Virus record (IMG/VR): IMGVR_UViG_2541047898_000005
Coordinates: 1 to 17,431 of that record
Direction: 5' to 3' (one strand)
Length of the DNA: 17,431 bases
Source: a virus
Taxonomy: Duplodnaviria > Heunggongvirae > Uroviricota > Caudoviricetes
Shown here: positions 1 through 9,211 of the stretch, in pieces
Position numbering within the stretch: the stretch's first letter is position 1
Layout of the letters: every line of letters starts with the position of its first letter
Made by a program: the position numbers and the translations under genes
Notes under the pieces: model-generated
Databases searched by the model: none
Seen by the model: only the letters and a program-made list of their open reading frames with translations
Told to the model about the DNA's origin: nothing

Positions 1-1344
1 CTGGTGCTGATGCCGTCGGCAGACTATGCACGCCAGATTTGTGGTGCGGGAAGTCAGCTGGCGCGTATGGTCGAGGCTTATCGCCAGACTGACCCGTTTG
101 GCGAGCTGTATGTGATTGCCGTTCCGGAAGCCACAGGCGCGGCGGCAACGGTTACGCTGACGGTGACCGGGGAAGCAACCGAAAGCGGCACGGTGAATGT
201 CTATGTGGGACGTACCCGCGTGCAGGCTCCGGTGACCAACGGCGATAACGTCACGACGATTGCCAGCAGTATCCAGGATGCCATCAATGCCGTTCCGACT
301 CTGCCGTTTACAGCTTCATCTTCGGCTGGTGTTGTCACGCTGACCGCGCGTCATAAGGGGCTTTGCGGGAATGAAATTCCTGTCAGCCTCAATTACTACG
401 GCTTCGGTGGGGGTGAAGTGCTGCCAGCGGGCGTACAGATTGCCGTGGCGACGGGGACCGCCGGAACGGGCGCTCCGGTTCTCACCGGCGCGGTGGCTGC
501 AATGGCGGATGAGCCGTTTGATTATATCGGTCTGCCGTTCAACGACACGGCCTCCGTTAACACGCTGGTGACCGAGATGAACGATACCAGCGGTCGCTGG
601 AGCTATGCGCGTCAGCTGTATGGTCATGTGTATACGGCAAAGACCGGCACACTGTCAGAACTGGTGAACGCAGGTGACCAGTTTAACCAGCAGCACATCA
701 CCCTGGCGGGGTACGAAAAAGAGACCCAGACGCCTGCCGACGAGCTGGCGGCAAGCCGTACCGCCCGCGCAGCGGTGTTTATCCGCAACGATCCGGCACG
801 TCCCACGCAGACCGGTGAGCTGGTGGGTATGCTGCCTGCGCCGAAGGGGAAACGGTTCACGATGACCGAGCAGCAGACCCTGCTGTCTCATGGCGTGGCA
901 ACGGCGTATGTCGAAAGCGGGGGGCTGCGCATTCAGCGTGATGTCACCACGTACAGGAAAAATGCTTACGGGGTTGCGGATAACAGCTACCTCGACAGCG
1001 AGACGCTGCATACCAGTGCGTATGTACTGCGCAAACTGAAATCCGTCATTACCAGTAAGTACGGGCGTCACAAGCTTGCCAGCGACGGTACCCGCTTTGG
1101 TCCCGGTCAGGCGATTGTCACCCCGGCGGTAATCAAAGGGGAACTGCTGGCAACCTACCGTCAGCTTGAGCGTGCGGGGATCGTAGAAAACTACGAACTG
1201 TTTAAGCAGTACCTGGTTGTTGAGCGTGATGCCAGCGATCCGAACCGCCTGAACACGCTGTTCCCGCCTGACTATGTTAACCAGTTGCGTGTTTTTGCCG
1301 TGGTTAACCAGTTCCGTCTTCAGTATTCAGAGGAGTCTGCATAA
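1..1344 (+). CDS. Contractile tail sheath protein (Mu gpL-like), 5'-truncated by the window edge
   Basis: Frame is open from nt 1 and ends at TAA 1342-1344. It is followed directly by a 118-aa tube-like gene, a frameshifted chaperone and a tape-measure gene, which is the canonical myovirus order. No homology search run. Confidence 0.6.
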   Translation: MVLMPSADYARQICGAGSQLARMVEAYRQTDPFGELYVIAVPEATGAAATVTLTVTGEATESGTVNVYVGRTRVQAPVTNGDNVTTIASSIQDAINAVPTLPFTASSSAGVVTLTARHKGLCGNEIPVSLNYYGFGGGEVLPAGVQIAVATGTAGTGAPVLTGAVAAMADEPFDYIGLPFNDTASVNTLVTEMNDTSGRWSYARQLYGHVYTAKTGTLSELVNAGDQFNQQHITLAGYEKETQTPADELAASRTARAAVFIRNDPARPTQTGELVGMLPAPKGKRFTMTEQQTLLSHGVATAYVESGGLRIQRDVTTYRKNAYGVADNSYLDSETLHTSAYVLRKLKSVITSKYGRHKLASDGTRFGPGQAIVTPAVIKGELLATYRQLERAGIVENYELFKQYLVVERDASDPNRLNTLFPPDYVNQLRVFAVVNQFRLQYSEESA

Positions 1345-1700
1345 TGGCCCGTATCGGGGGAACCTGTTATTTCAAAATTGACGGTCAGCAGCTATCGCTG
1401 ACCGGCGGCATTGAGGTGCCCATGAACAGGACGGTCAATGATGACATCATCGGCCTGGACGGCTCAGTGGACCGCAAGGAAACTCACCGTGCGCCTTATG
1501 TCAAAGGGACCTTCAAGGTGCCGAAGAATTTTCCGGTGAGCAAAATCACCTCGTCTGATGAGATGACCATCACTGCCGAGCTGGCGAACGGTCAGGTCTA
1601 TGTATTGTCGTCCGCCTGGCTGCACGGAGAAGCGAACCATAATGCCGAAGAAGGCACGGTTGATCTTGAGTTCCACGGTGAAGAAGGGGATTACCAGTAA
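1344..1700 (+). CDS. Tail tube protein (Mu gpM-like)
   Basis: 118-aa ORF with ATG overlapping the upstream stop (TAATG) and a GAGGAG Shine-Dalgarno; sits between the sheath and chaperone genes. Confidence 0.6.
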   Translation: MARIGGTCYFKIDGQQLSLTGGIEVPMNRTVNDDIIGLDGSVDRKETHRAPYVKGTFKVPKNFPVSKITSSDEMTITAELANGQVYVLSSAWLHGEANHNAEEGTVDLEFHGEEGDYQ

Positions 1701-1969
1701 TGAAAGAGCTTGAGTTAAAGAAACCGATTATCGCTCATGGTGAGACACTCTCCGTACTGGAGTTTGATGAACCCACCGGGAAGGATGTCCGCGAGCTGGG
1801 GTATCCCTACCAGATGAATCAGGATGAGTCCGTCAGACTTCTGGCGCATGTGGTGTCGAAATACATTGTGCGGCTGGCGAAAGTGCCGCAAAGCTCTGTC
1901 GACCAGATGTCTCCGGCAGACCTGAATGCAGCGGCGTGGCTTGTGGCTGGTTTTTTCCTCCAGGCCTGA
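1700..1969 (+). CDS. Tail assembly chaperone (lambda G-like short product)
   Basis: 89-aa ORF, TAATG overlap with the tube gene, immediately upstream of the tape-measure gene; contains the slippery heptamer T_TTT_TTC at 1951-1957. Confidence 0.6.
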   Translation: MKELELKKPIIAHGETLSVLEFDEPTGKDVRELGYPYQMNQDESVRLLAHVVSKYIVRLAKVPQSSVDQMSPADLNAAAWLVAGFFLQA

Positions 1970-2118
1970 CGGCTGAATACCTCACTGATCGCTTCTTTGA
2001 CTGCGCCAGCTACTGGCGCATTAATCCCTTCGAATTGCTGAATATGCCGATCAGTGAAATTCCCTTGCTGGTCAGTCAGGCAAACAGGATAGAGCAGGAG
2101 AAACGCACACATGGCTGA
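1700..2118 (+). CDS. Tail assembly chaperone frameshift fusion (lambda GT-like), made by -1 slippage at 1951-1957
   Basis: ORF 1936-2118 is in the -1 frame relative to 1700-1969 and overlaps it across the X_XXY_YYZ heptamer T_TTT_TTC. The fused reading would be ...LVAGFF then PPGLTAEY... The extension ends 7 nt into the tape-measure gene. Confidence 0.5.
1951..1957 (+). other. Slippery heptamer TTTTTTC for programmed -1 ribosomal frameshift
   Basis: Zero-frame codons GGT TTT TTC; after a -1 slip the next codon is CCT (1957-1959), which continues ORF 1936-2118. Confidence 0.5.
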
Positions 2119-4063
2119 ATTTGAGCTTAAGGCGTTGATCACCGGTGTCGACAGGCTTTCTCCCGCGCTGTCGAAAATGCAAAAGAAAATCCGGGGATTT
2201 AAACGCCAGGCGGAAGAAGCGTCACAGGGTGGGCTGGCGCTTGGTGGCGGACTGGCAGCGGGGCTGACGCTTTCCCTGAAATCTTATGCCGATCAGGAAA
2301 ACGCCGCTACCGGGCTGAAAGTCGCCATGATGGATGCGAACGGCGAGGTTGGAAAGAGCTTTCAGGACATCAATAAACTGGCTATTGGCCTGGGTAACCA
2401 GCTACCCGGTACAACGGCTGATTTCCAGAACATGATGCAGATGCTGGTGCGTCAGGGGATCCCGGCAGAAAACATTCTGGGTGGTGTGGGTAAAGCGACA
2501 GCTTATCTTGCGGTACAACTGAAAAAAACACCGGAAGCGGCTGCCGAGTTTGCCGCAAAGATGCAGGATGCTACCGGAACGGCCTCAGAAGACATGATGG
2601 GGCTGTTCGACACAATTCAGAAGGCGTTTTATCTGGGCGTTGACGACACCAACATGCTGTCATTCTTCACTAAAACCAGCTCTGTTCTGAAGATGGTGAA
2701 TAAGGACGGTCTTCAGGCTGCACAGAGTCTTGCCCCCATCAGTGTCATGATGGATCAGATGGGGATGAACGGGGAGTCGGCAGGTAATGCCCTGCGAAAA
2801 GTTATCCAGTCCGGATTAAGCGTTAAGAAAATCAGGGACGTCAATAAAATCATGGCCCGCCAGAAACTCGGAGTACAGCTCGATTTTACTGATGGCAAAG
2901 GGAGTTTTGGTGGTCTTGATAACATGTTCAGGCAACTGGCAAAGCTGCGAAAACTGACCGACGTTAAGCGAACCGGTGTACTTAAGGCAATATTTGGTGA
3001 TGATGCCGAAACCCTTCAGGTGGTCAATGCGCTGATCGATAAAGGAAAGGATGGCTACGATCAGATCCAGCAGAAGATGAATAAACAGGCCAGCCTGAAT
3101 AAACGTGTTCAGGCTCAGCTTGGTACGCTGTCCAACCTGTGGGAGGCAATGACGGGGACCGCAACTAACGGCCTTGCGGCTATTGGCGGCGCATTTTCTG
3201 GTGACGCTAAGAACATCACGCAGTGGCTGGGGGAGTTGGGGGAGAAATTCACGAAGTTTGCGGATGAAAATCCCCGGGTTATTCGCGGCGTCGTCGGGCT
3301 TGCTGCCGGTCTTGCGATTCTGAAACTGGGATTGATGGGCGTGGGCAGTGCCATCAGCATTGTCAGCAGGATCATGTCGATGACGCCGATTGGCATGATT
3401 GCGACGGCGATAGCCCTGGCTGCGGGATTAATTATCACCAACTGGGATGTTGTCGGACCTTATTTCAAGAAGCTCTGGGAAACCATTAGTCCTTATTTTG
3501 AGGCTGGCTGGGAACTCCTTAAGAAAGTTTTTGCCTGGTCGCCGCTGGGGATGGTGATCAATAACTGGGGGCCGGTTGTTAAGTGGTTTCAGGATATGTG
3601 GGACAAGCTGAAGCCAATTATTGAGTGGTTTACCGACAGTTCCGGTGACACGGTCGATGCCATTAACTCTGCGCAGTGGGGCGCGGGTGCTTATGATGCT
3701 TATGGGACGGGAATACCGCCACGGGGATACACTCCTTATCCGGCGCAGTCAAACAACGCCTCCGGTGACACGGTCGATGCCATTAACTCGGCGCAGTGGG
3801 GCGCGGGTGCTTATGATGCTTATGGGACGGGAATACCGGCGCGGGGATACACACCTTATCCGGCGGTAGATCCGGCTCAGTCAAACAACGCCTCCGATGC
3901 CACAGGCTCGAATCCCTTCATGATTAATAAAGCTACCGCGCCAAAAGTTGATGGTGAGATCAAGGTATCATTTATAAATATGCCACCAGGTATGCGGGTT
4001 ACGGAAACACGCTCCAGTGGCATTGATATAAATCACGATGTTGGCTATACCCGATTTTGGTAG
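2111..4063 (+). CDS. Tail tape measure protein
   Basis: 650-aa ORF directly after the frameshifted chaperone pair; Ala/Gly-rich helical N-terminal part, hydrophobic central stretch (GVVGLAAGLAILKLGLMGVGSAISIV...), CAGGAG Shine-Dalgarno before the ATG. Confidence 0.8.
   Translation: MAEFELKALITGVDRLSPALSKMQKKIRGFKRQAEEASQGGLALGGGLAAGLTLSLKSYADQENAATGLKVAMMDANGEVGKSFQDINKLAIGLGNQLPGTTADFQNMMQMLVRQGIPAENILGGVGKATAYLAVQLKKTPEAAAEFAAKMQDATGTASEDMMGLFDTIQKAFYLGVDDTNMLSFFTKTSSVLKMVNKDGLQAAQSLAPISVMMDQMGMNGESAGNALRKVIQSGLSVKKIRDVNKIMARQKLGVQLDFTDGKGSFGGLDNMFRQLAKLRKLTDVKRTGVLKAIFGDDAETLQVVNALIDKGKDGYDQIQQKMNKQASLNKRVQAQLGTLSNLWEAMTGTATNGLAAIGGAFSGDAKNITQWLGELGEKFTKFADENPRVIRGVVGLAAGLAILKLGLMGVGSAISIVSRIMSMTPIGMIATAIALAAGLIITNWDVVGPYFKKLWETISPYFEAGWELLKKVFAWSPLGMVINNWGPVVKWFQDMWDKLKPIIEWFTDSSGDTVDAINSAQWGAGAYDAYGTGIPPRGYTPYPAQSNNASGDTVDAINSAQWGAGAYDAYGTGIPARGYTPYPAVDPAQSNNASDATGSNPFMINKATAPKVDGEIKVSFINMPPGMRVTETRSSGIDINHDVGYTRFW
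3641..3892 (+). repeat. In-frame tandem duplication inside the tape-measure gene (unit 1 = 120 bp at 3641-3760; unit 2 = 132 bp at 3761-3892 with a 12-bp insertion)
   Basis: Near-identical DNA copies encode SGDTVDAINSAQWGAGAYDAYGTGIP(P/A)RGYTPYPA...QSNNA twice; read directly from the sequence. Confidence 0.9.
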
Positions 4064-4091
4064 CCAGGATTCCCCTCACATGTATTGCTGG

Positions 4092-4119
4092 TTGTAAGTC
4101 ATAAATAGAGTGATAGAAT
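4092..4119 (+). promoter_or_regulatory. Putative sigma70 promoter for the moron gene (-35 TTGTAA 4092-4097, 16-nt spacer, -10 TAGAAT 4114-4119)
   Basis: Hexamer match and spacing, about 35 nt upstream of the ATG at 4155; no experimental support. Confidence 0.3.
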
Positions 4120-4154
4120 TAATGCACATTTAGAAAAATGTTAATAGGCGAAAA

Positions 4155-4685
4155 ATGAAAGGCTATATCACAGCAAGTGTAATTCTTGGAGCAGCGGCTA
4201 TTTTTTCATCTCTCATAATCTCTGGCAACATCTCCTTTAAAGATGAACATATTATTCAGTTATCTGGAGGAGCCATAAAACTTGGTGATGTTTATAAAGA
4301 AAATAAATTGATAAGTGCAAAGATTATTTTTCCAGATAATCAGGGCGAACAGATTCTTGTTGTCGACGGCAATCCTGAAAACTTTAAGGAGGATTTTCAG
4401 GAGAAATTAAATAAAGTAATAAAAACTTTAAATGCGTCAAAGAAAAAAGATGAAGAGAAAGTTAGCCTGGATAATTTAAGTGTTATTGAAGAGTCTAAAC
4501 TAGAGCTCGTTTCTGCGGTGCGTTACTCTGCTCAGTATGTTCCTATGTTTACTCTGACGCTGGACAAAAAAGAAATTACCATGCCTAAAAATACGGTAAT
4601 ATTTCCATTTGCCAGCGATGAAACAGCTAAGTATTTAAATGAACAACAGCAAAAGTATAAAGATTCGTTGTTTCTGACTCGCTAA
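4155..4685 (+). CDS. Hypothetical secreted or membrane-anchored protein (moron inserted in the tail module)
   Basis: 176-aa ORF, visibly AT-rich and Lys-rich compared with the flanking tail genes. N-terminal hydrophobic segment (ITASVILGAAAIFSSLIISG) suggests a signal peptide or TM anchor; there is no Cys, so not a lipoprotein. Flanked by its own candidate promoter and a rho-independent terminator. Confidence 0.6.
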   Translation: MKGYITASVILGAAAIFSSLIISGNISFKDEHIIQLSGGAIKLGDVYKENKLISAKIIFPDNQGEQILVVDGNPENFKEDFQEKLNKVIKTLNASKKKDEEKVSLDNLSVIEESKLELVSAVRYSAQYVPMFTLTLDKKEITMPKNTVIFPFASDETAKYLNEQQQKYKDSLFLTR

Positions 4686-4702
4686 TTAATAAAATTCATT
4701 AC

Positions 4703-4736
4703 AAGGCCACCTTCTAATAGGTGGCTTTTTTATTTT
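4703..4736 (+). terminator. Rho-independent terminator after the moron gene
   Basis: Stem GCCACC (4706-4711) pairs with GGTGGC (4720-4725) around an 8-nt loop, followed by TTTTTTATTTT (4726-4736). Confidence 0.6.
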
Positions 4737-4746
4737 CGGAGTGTAT

Positions 4747-6117
4747 ATGACGTGGAAAGACAGGCTTCAGGATGCGTCATTTCGAGGTGTGCCGTTTAAG
4801 GTTGAAGAAGAAAGTGCGGGAACCGGCCGTCGTGTGGAAACACACGAATATCCGAACCGCGACAAACCCTATACCGAAGATCTGGGAAAAGTCACTTTCC
4901 GCCCGTCCATCACGGCTTATGTGGTGGGAGATGACTGCTTTGACCAGCGCGATCGCCTGATTGACGCGCTGAATAAACCCGGTCCCGGCACGCTTGTCCA
5001 TCCGACTTACGGTGAGCTGAAAGTCTGTGTTGACGGGGAAGTTCGGGTCAGCACATCGAAGAGTGAAGGGCGTATTGTCCGCTTTGACCTGAAGTTTGTC
5101 GAAGCGGGAGAACTCTCTTATCCCACTTCAGGTGCGGCGACGGCGCAGACGCTGATGTCATCCTGTTCTGCACTGGATGACTGCATCAGTGACAGCTTCA
5201 GTGGTTTCAGTATCGATGGCGTGGCGGATTTTGTGCAGAACGACGTCGTCGGTAATGCCGGCACAATGCTGGGGTATGTTTCTGATGCGATGAAAGTGGT
5301 GGATTCTGCCGTATCGGATGCCGCCAGGCTGTTGCAGGGGGATATCTCGGTACTTCTGCCGCCGCCATCGTCAGGCAAAAATTTCGTTGAGCAGGTGCAG
5401 AAAATGTGGCGTACCGGGAAACGCCTTTATGGTAACGCCAGCGACCTGGTCACCATGATCAAAACGCTTTCCGGTGTCAGCCTCGGCAGCGATCTGCAAC
5501 CGCGCGGCGTCTGGAAAACGGACAGTAAAACCACCGCCACGGCGACGCAGCAGCGTAACGTGGTTGCCAGCACCCTTCGTGCGACCGCAATCAGCGAAGC
5601 GGCGTATGCCGTCACCCGATTGCCTGCGCCAACAACTTCCGCGGTGATGCAGAATGCCGCAGTGGGGCAGTCAACAACTTCCGCGGTGATGCAGAATGCC
5701 GCAGTGGGGCAGGCAACAACACCCGCGCAGAGCACTGGCTGGCCTTCCGTCACGCATCCGGCACTGAACAATGCTCCGGCGGTGAAAAGCACGGTTGACC
5801 TGCCGACGTGGGAAGAACTGACTGACATTCGCGACACACTGAATACGGCAACTGATAAGGAGTTGTCCCGTACAACCAGTGATGCGCTGTTTCTGGCGCT
5901 GCGCCGGGTGAAAGCAGATCTGAATGCGGATATCAACACGCGCCTTGAACAGTCTGCACGGATCATTCAGCGCACGCCGGATGAGGTTTTACCCGCGCTG
6001 GTGCTGGCGGCGACCTGGTTTGATAACGCGGCGCGTGACGCGGACATTATCCGGCGTAATGCCATTACGCATCCCGGCTTTGTGCCGGTGATCCCTCTGA
6101 AGGTGCCAGTGCAATGA
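4747..6117 (+). CDS. DNA circulation protein (Mu gpN / gp43-like)
   Basis: Position after the tape-measure gene in Mu order; N-terminus MTWKDRLQDASFRGVPF... matches my memory of the Mu N family. ATG at 4747 has a GGAG Shine-Dalgarno; the track's GTG at 4741 is less likely. Confidence 0.65.
   Translation: MTWKDRLQDASFRGVPFKVEEESAGTGRRVETHEYPNRDKPYTEDLGKVTFRPSITAYVVGDDCFDQRDRLIDALNKPGPGTLVHPTYGELKVCVDGEVRVSTSKSEGRIVRFDLKFVEAGELSYPTSGAATAQTLMSSCSALDDCISDSFSGFSIDGVADFVQNDVVGNAGTMLGYVSDAMKVVDSAVSDAARLLQGDISVLLPPPSSGKNFVEQVQKMWRTGKRLYGNASDLVTMIKTLSGVSLGSDLQPRGVWKTDSKTTATATQQRNVVASTLRATAISEAAYAVTRLPAPTTSAVMQNAAVGQSTTSAVMQNAAVGQATTPAQSTGWPSVTHPALNNAPAVKSTVDLPTWEELTDIRDTLNTATDKELSRTTSDALFLALRRVKADLNADINTRLEQSARIIQRTPDEVLPALVLAATWFDNAARDADIIRRNAITHPGFVPVIPLKVPVQ
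5632..5715 (+). repeat. 42-bp in-frame tandem duplication (2 units) inside the DNA-circulation gene
   Basis: acaacttccgcggtgatgcagaatgccgcagtggggcag(t/g)ca twice, encoding TTSAVMQNAAVGQ(S/A) twice. Confidence 0.9.
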
Positions 6118-7193
6118 ACGATAACGTCACGCTACGGGTAAATGGCCGAGAGTGGAATGGCTGGACATCGGTGCGCATCGGTGCCGGTATTGAACGGCTG
6201 GCGCGGGATTTCAGCGTGGAGATCACCCGCCAGTGGCCGGGAGATGAGGGTATCACCACGCTTCAGCCGCGCATTAAAAATGGTTCAAAAGTGGAAGTGC
6301 TGATTGGTGATGAGCTGGTGATCACCGGCTGGGTGGAGTCGACCCCCGTTCGTTACGATGCCCGTTCGGTCAGCACCGGTATTGCCGGACGTAGTCTGAC
6401 TGCTGACCTGATTGACTGTGCAGCCGAACCGACACAGTTTAACGGACGATCGCTGGTACAGATTGCGCAGGCGCTTGCTGCGCCTTTCGGCATTGAGGTG
6501 GTGAACAGCGATGCGCCGTCGGGTGTTATTCCGGATGTCCAGCCTGATCACGGTGAAACGGTGATCGAAGTGATCAACAAAATACTCGGTCAGCAGCAGG
6601 CGCTGGCTTATGACGACCCGCACGGCAGGCTGGTGATTGGTGGTATTGGCTCAACGCGGGCACATACCGCGCTGGTACTTGGGGAAAACATCCTTTCCTG
6701 TGATACGGAGAAGAGTATCCGGGAGCGGTTTTCAGTTTACCAGGTGGCGGGGCAGCGTGCCGGAAACGACGATGATTTCGGTGAGGCCACCACCACCGCG
6801 CTGCGGGCCCGCACAGAGGATGCATTTATTGCCCGTTACCGTCCGATGTATATCAGGCAGACAGGGCAGGCTACGGGGGCAGGCTGTATTGCGCGTGCTG
6901 ACTTTGAAGCCCGACAACGGGCGGCGCGGACGGATGAAACCACCTATGTGGTGCAGGGCTGGCGACAGGGTAACGGTACGCTGTGGCAGCCCAACCAGCG
7001 GGTGATTGTCTTCGATCCGGTCTGTGGTTTCGACAATACCGAACTGCTTGTCTCGGAAGTCACGTTTACTCAGGACCAGAATGGCACCCTGACGGAAATC
7101 CGTGTCGGCCCACCTGATGCTTATCTGCCTGAACCCGAAGCCCCCGGCGCGCGGAAAAAGAAAAAAGCCAGAGTACAGGAGGACCCGTTCTGA
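6114..7193 (+). CDS. Baseplate hub / tail protein (Mu gpP / gp44-like)
   Basis: 359-aa ORF with ATGA overlap to the upstream gene; synteny between the DNA-circulation and spike genes. Confidence 0.55.
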   Translation: MNDNVTLRVNGREWNGWTSVRIGAGIERLARDFSVEITRQWPGDEGITTLQPRIKNGSKVEVLIGDELVITGWVESTPVRYDARSVSTGIAGRSLTADLIDCAAEPTQFNGRSLVQIAQALAAPFGIEVVNSDAPSGVIPDVQPDHGETVIEVINKILGQQQALAYDDPHGRLVIGGIGSTRAHTALVLGENILSCDTEKSIRERFSVYQVAGQRAGNDDDFGEATTTALRARTEDAFIARYRPMYIRQTGQATGAGCIARADFEARQRAARTDETTYVVQGWRQGNGTLWQPNQRVIVFDPVCGFDNTELLVSEVTFTQDQNGTLTEIRVGPPDAYLPEPEAPGARKKKKARVQEDPF

Positions 7194-7741
7194 TGAGGAC
7201 GATTGAAGCCATGCAGCGACAACTTCTCGGCCTGATTGGGCGGGCCGTGGTGAAAAGCATCAGTGCCGCCACGAAATGTCAGACCGTGGATGTGTCCCTG
7301 ATTGCCGGTGAACCCAAAGCCGGGGTTGAACATCTTGAACCCTACGGTTTTACCGCAAGGGCAAACAGCGGTGCGGAAGCGGTGGTGTTGTTTCCGGATG
7401 GCGACCGTTCTCATGCGGTGGTTGTTACGGTGTCGGACCGGCGCTACCGCCTGAAAGGGCTGCAGACGGGTGAGGTGGCTGTCTATGACGATCAGGGGCA
7501 GTCCGTGACGCTGACCCGGGAGGGGATCGTGGTGGACGGTGCAGGGAAAACGATCACGTTTCGCAATGCACCTGAAGCACGTTTTGAAATGGATCTGGAA
7601 GTGACCGGACAGGTGAAAGACCTGTGCGACTCCGGCGGCACCACCATGTCAGCGATGCGGCTTGCCTATAACGGGCATCGTCACAGAGAGAACGGTCAGG
7701 GTAGTAACACCGACAAACCTGATAAAGCGATGGAGGCATGA
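7193..7741 (+). CDS. Baseplate spike / assembly protein V-like (Mu gp45-like)
   Basis: 182-aa ORF with TGATG overlap; position and size fit the gpV-type spike in Mu/P2 baseplate modules. Confidence 0.55.
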   Translation: MRTIEAMQRQLLGLIGRAVVKSISAATKCQTVDVSLIAGEPKAGVEHLEPYGFTARANSGAEAVVLFPDGDRSHAVVVTVSDRRYRLKGLQTGEVAVYDDQGQSVTLTREGIVVDGAGKTITFRNAPEARFEMDLEVTGQVKDLCDSGGTTMSAMRLAYNGHRHRENGQGSNTDKPDKAMEA

Positions 7742-8166
7742 TGGAACTGTGGCTGACGGTGAACGGTAAACGCACCTGCGCCAGCGCACCGCTGGATCCG
7801 CTGACCCGCGCCGTGGTGATTTCCCTGTTCACCTGGCGGCGGGCGGAGCCTGATGACAATGCCGACGTCCCGATGGGATGGTGGGGGGATACCTGGCCTG
7901 CGGTACAGAATGACCGTTACGGCTCCCGACTGTGGCTGCTTCAGCGCAGCAAACTGACCAATCAGCTGGTGCAGACGGTAAGGGGATATATCCGCGAATG
8001 CCTGCAATGGATGACTGATGACGGCGTGGTGTCCCGTATTGATCTGGATATCCGCCGCACCGGGATTAATGAACTGGGTAACAGTATCACTCTCTGGCGT
8101 CGTGACGGACCGGTAATGATTTCTTTTGATGATCTGTGGAGTGCGATAACGCATGGCGGACAGTGA
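7738..8166 (+). CDS. Baseplate wedge protein, gp25/GPW-like (Mu gp46-like)
   Basis: 142-aa ORF, translationally coupled (ATGA overlap), sitting between the spike and the J-like gene. Confidence 0.55.
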   Translation: MMELWLTVNGKRTCASAPLDPLTRAVVISLFTWRRAEPDDNADVPMGWWGDTWPAVQNDRYGSRLWLLQRSKLTNQLVQTVRGYIRECLQWMTDDGVVSRIDLDIRRTGINELGNSITLWRRDGPVMISFDDLWSAITHGGQ

Positions 8167-9211
8167 ATTTCAGCGCCCGACGCTGGCAGAAAATATCAGT
8201 ATGCTCCGTAACGATTTATTCGCCAGGCTGGACGTCAGCGACACGCTCCGGCGCATGGATGAAGACGTGCGGGCAAAGGTGTATGCGGCGGCGCTGCATA
8301 CGGTTTACGGTTACATCGATTATCTGGCAATGAACATGCTGCCTGACCTGTGCGATGAGTCCTGGCTGGCGCGACATGCTGCGATGAAACGGTGTCCGCG
8401 CAAGGGGGCCACGACTGCCAGCGGGTATATGCGCTGGGAAGGTGTCAGCGATGGCCTGAAGGTGACCGCCGGGAGTGTTATTCAGCGCGATGACCTGGTT
8501 CAGTACACGGCAACTTCTGATGCAACCAGCTCAGGTGGAGTCCTGCGCGTGCCGATCGCCTGCTCAACTGCAGGCGCGGTCGGTAACGCTGACGACGGTA
8601 CGGCATTAATCCTGGTCACGCCGGTGAATGGTCTGCCGTCTTCCGGTGTGGCAGATACCCTGACTGGCGGATTCGATACTGAAGATCTGGAAACGTGGCG
8701 CGCCCGCGTCATTGAGCGGTATTACTGGACGCCGCAGGGCGGGGCTGACGGGGACTATGTCGTCTGGGCTAAAGAAGTGCCCGGCATTACCCGCGCATGG
8801 ACATACCGTCACTGGATGGGAACGGGAACTGTCGGTGTGATGATTGCCAGCAGTGACCTGATTAATCCCATTCCGGAAGAATCAACGGAAACGGCGGCAA
8901 GACAACACATTGAGCCACTGGCCCCGGTGGCAGGCTCTGATTTGTATGTGTTCAGGCCGGTGGCGCATACTGTGGATTTTCATATCCGCGTGACGCCGGA
9001 CACACCCGAAATACGGGCTGCCATCACCGCCGAGTTGCGTTCGTTCCTGCTGCGTGATGGTTATCCGCAGGGAGAACTGAAGGTGTCACGTATCAGTGAA
9101 GCGATTTCCGGTGCGAACGGGGAATACAGCCATCAGTTGCTTGCACCGGCAGACAATATCTCCATTGCAAAAAATGAGCTGGCAGTTCTGGGGACGATTT
9201 CATGGACGTGA
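8153..9211 (+). CDS. Baseplate J-like protein (Mu gp47 / P2 gpJ-like)
   Basis: 352-aa ORF in the expected position; overlaps its neighbours in the way coupled baseplate genes do. Confidence 0.6.
   Translation: MADSEFQRPTLAENISMLRNDLFARLDVSDTLRRMDEDVRAKVYAAALHTVYGYIDYLAMNMLPDLCDESWLARHAAMKRCPRKGATTASGYMRWEGVSDGLKVTAGSVIQRDDLVQYTATSDATSSGGVLRVPIACSTAGAVGNADDGTALILVTPVNGLPSSGVADTLTGGFDTEDLETWRARVIERYYWTPQGGADGDYVVWAKEVPGITRAWTYRHWMGTGTVGVMIASSDLINPIPEESTETAARQHIEPLAPVAGSDLYVFRPVAHTVDFHIRVTPDTPEIRAAITAELRSFLLRDGYPQGELKVSRISEAISGANGEYSHQLLAPADNISIAKNELAVLGTISWT

Noticed and set aside
316-1071. Antisense and alternate-frame ORFs inside the sheath gene (316-627 -, 371-571 +, 624-860 -, 655-1071 -, 674-865 +)
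   Set aside because: They are entirely nested within a long, well-supported coding frame in GC-rich DNA, and their translations are Arg/Cys/His-rich and low-complexity, typical of spurious ORFs.
3621-3869. ORF of 82 aa with an internal duplicated peptide, in an alternate frame of the tape-measure gene
   Set aside because: It is a by-product of the 120-bp tandem DNA duplication read in the wrong frame; the tape-measure frame is continuous through it.
3641-3892. Possible CRISPR-like or VNTR array
   Set aside because: Only two long units with no spacers and fully in frame inside a coding sequence; this is a protein-internal duplication, not a CRISPR array.
5427-5966. 179-aa minus-strand ORF opposite the DNA-circulation gene
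   Set aside because: Antisense to a strongly supported gene; no Shine-Dalgarno; composition looks like a mirror-frame artefact.
6285-7414. Several 60-120 aa ORFs on both strands within the baseplate hub gene
   Set aside because: Nested in the long + strand frame; Arg/Pro/His-rich translations typical of off-frame GC-rich DNA.
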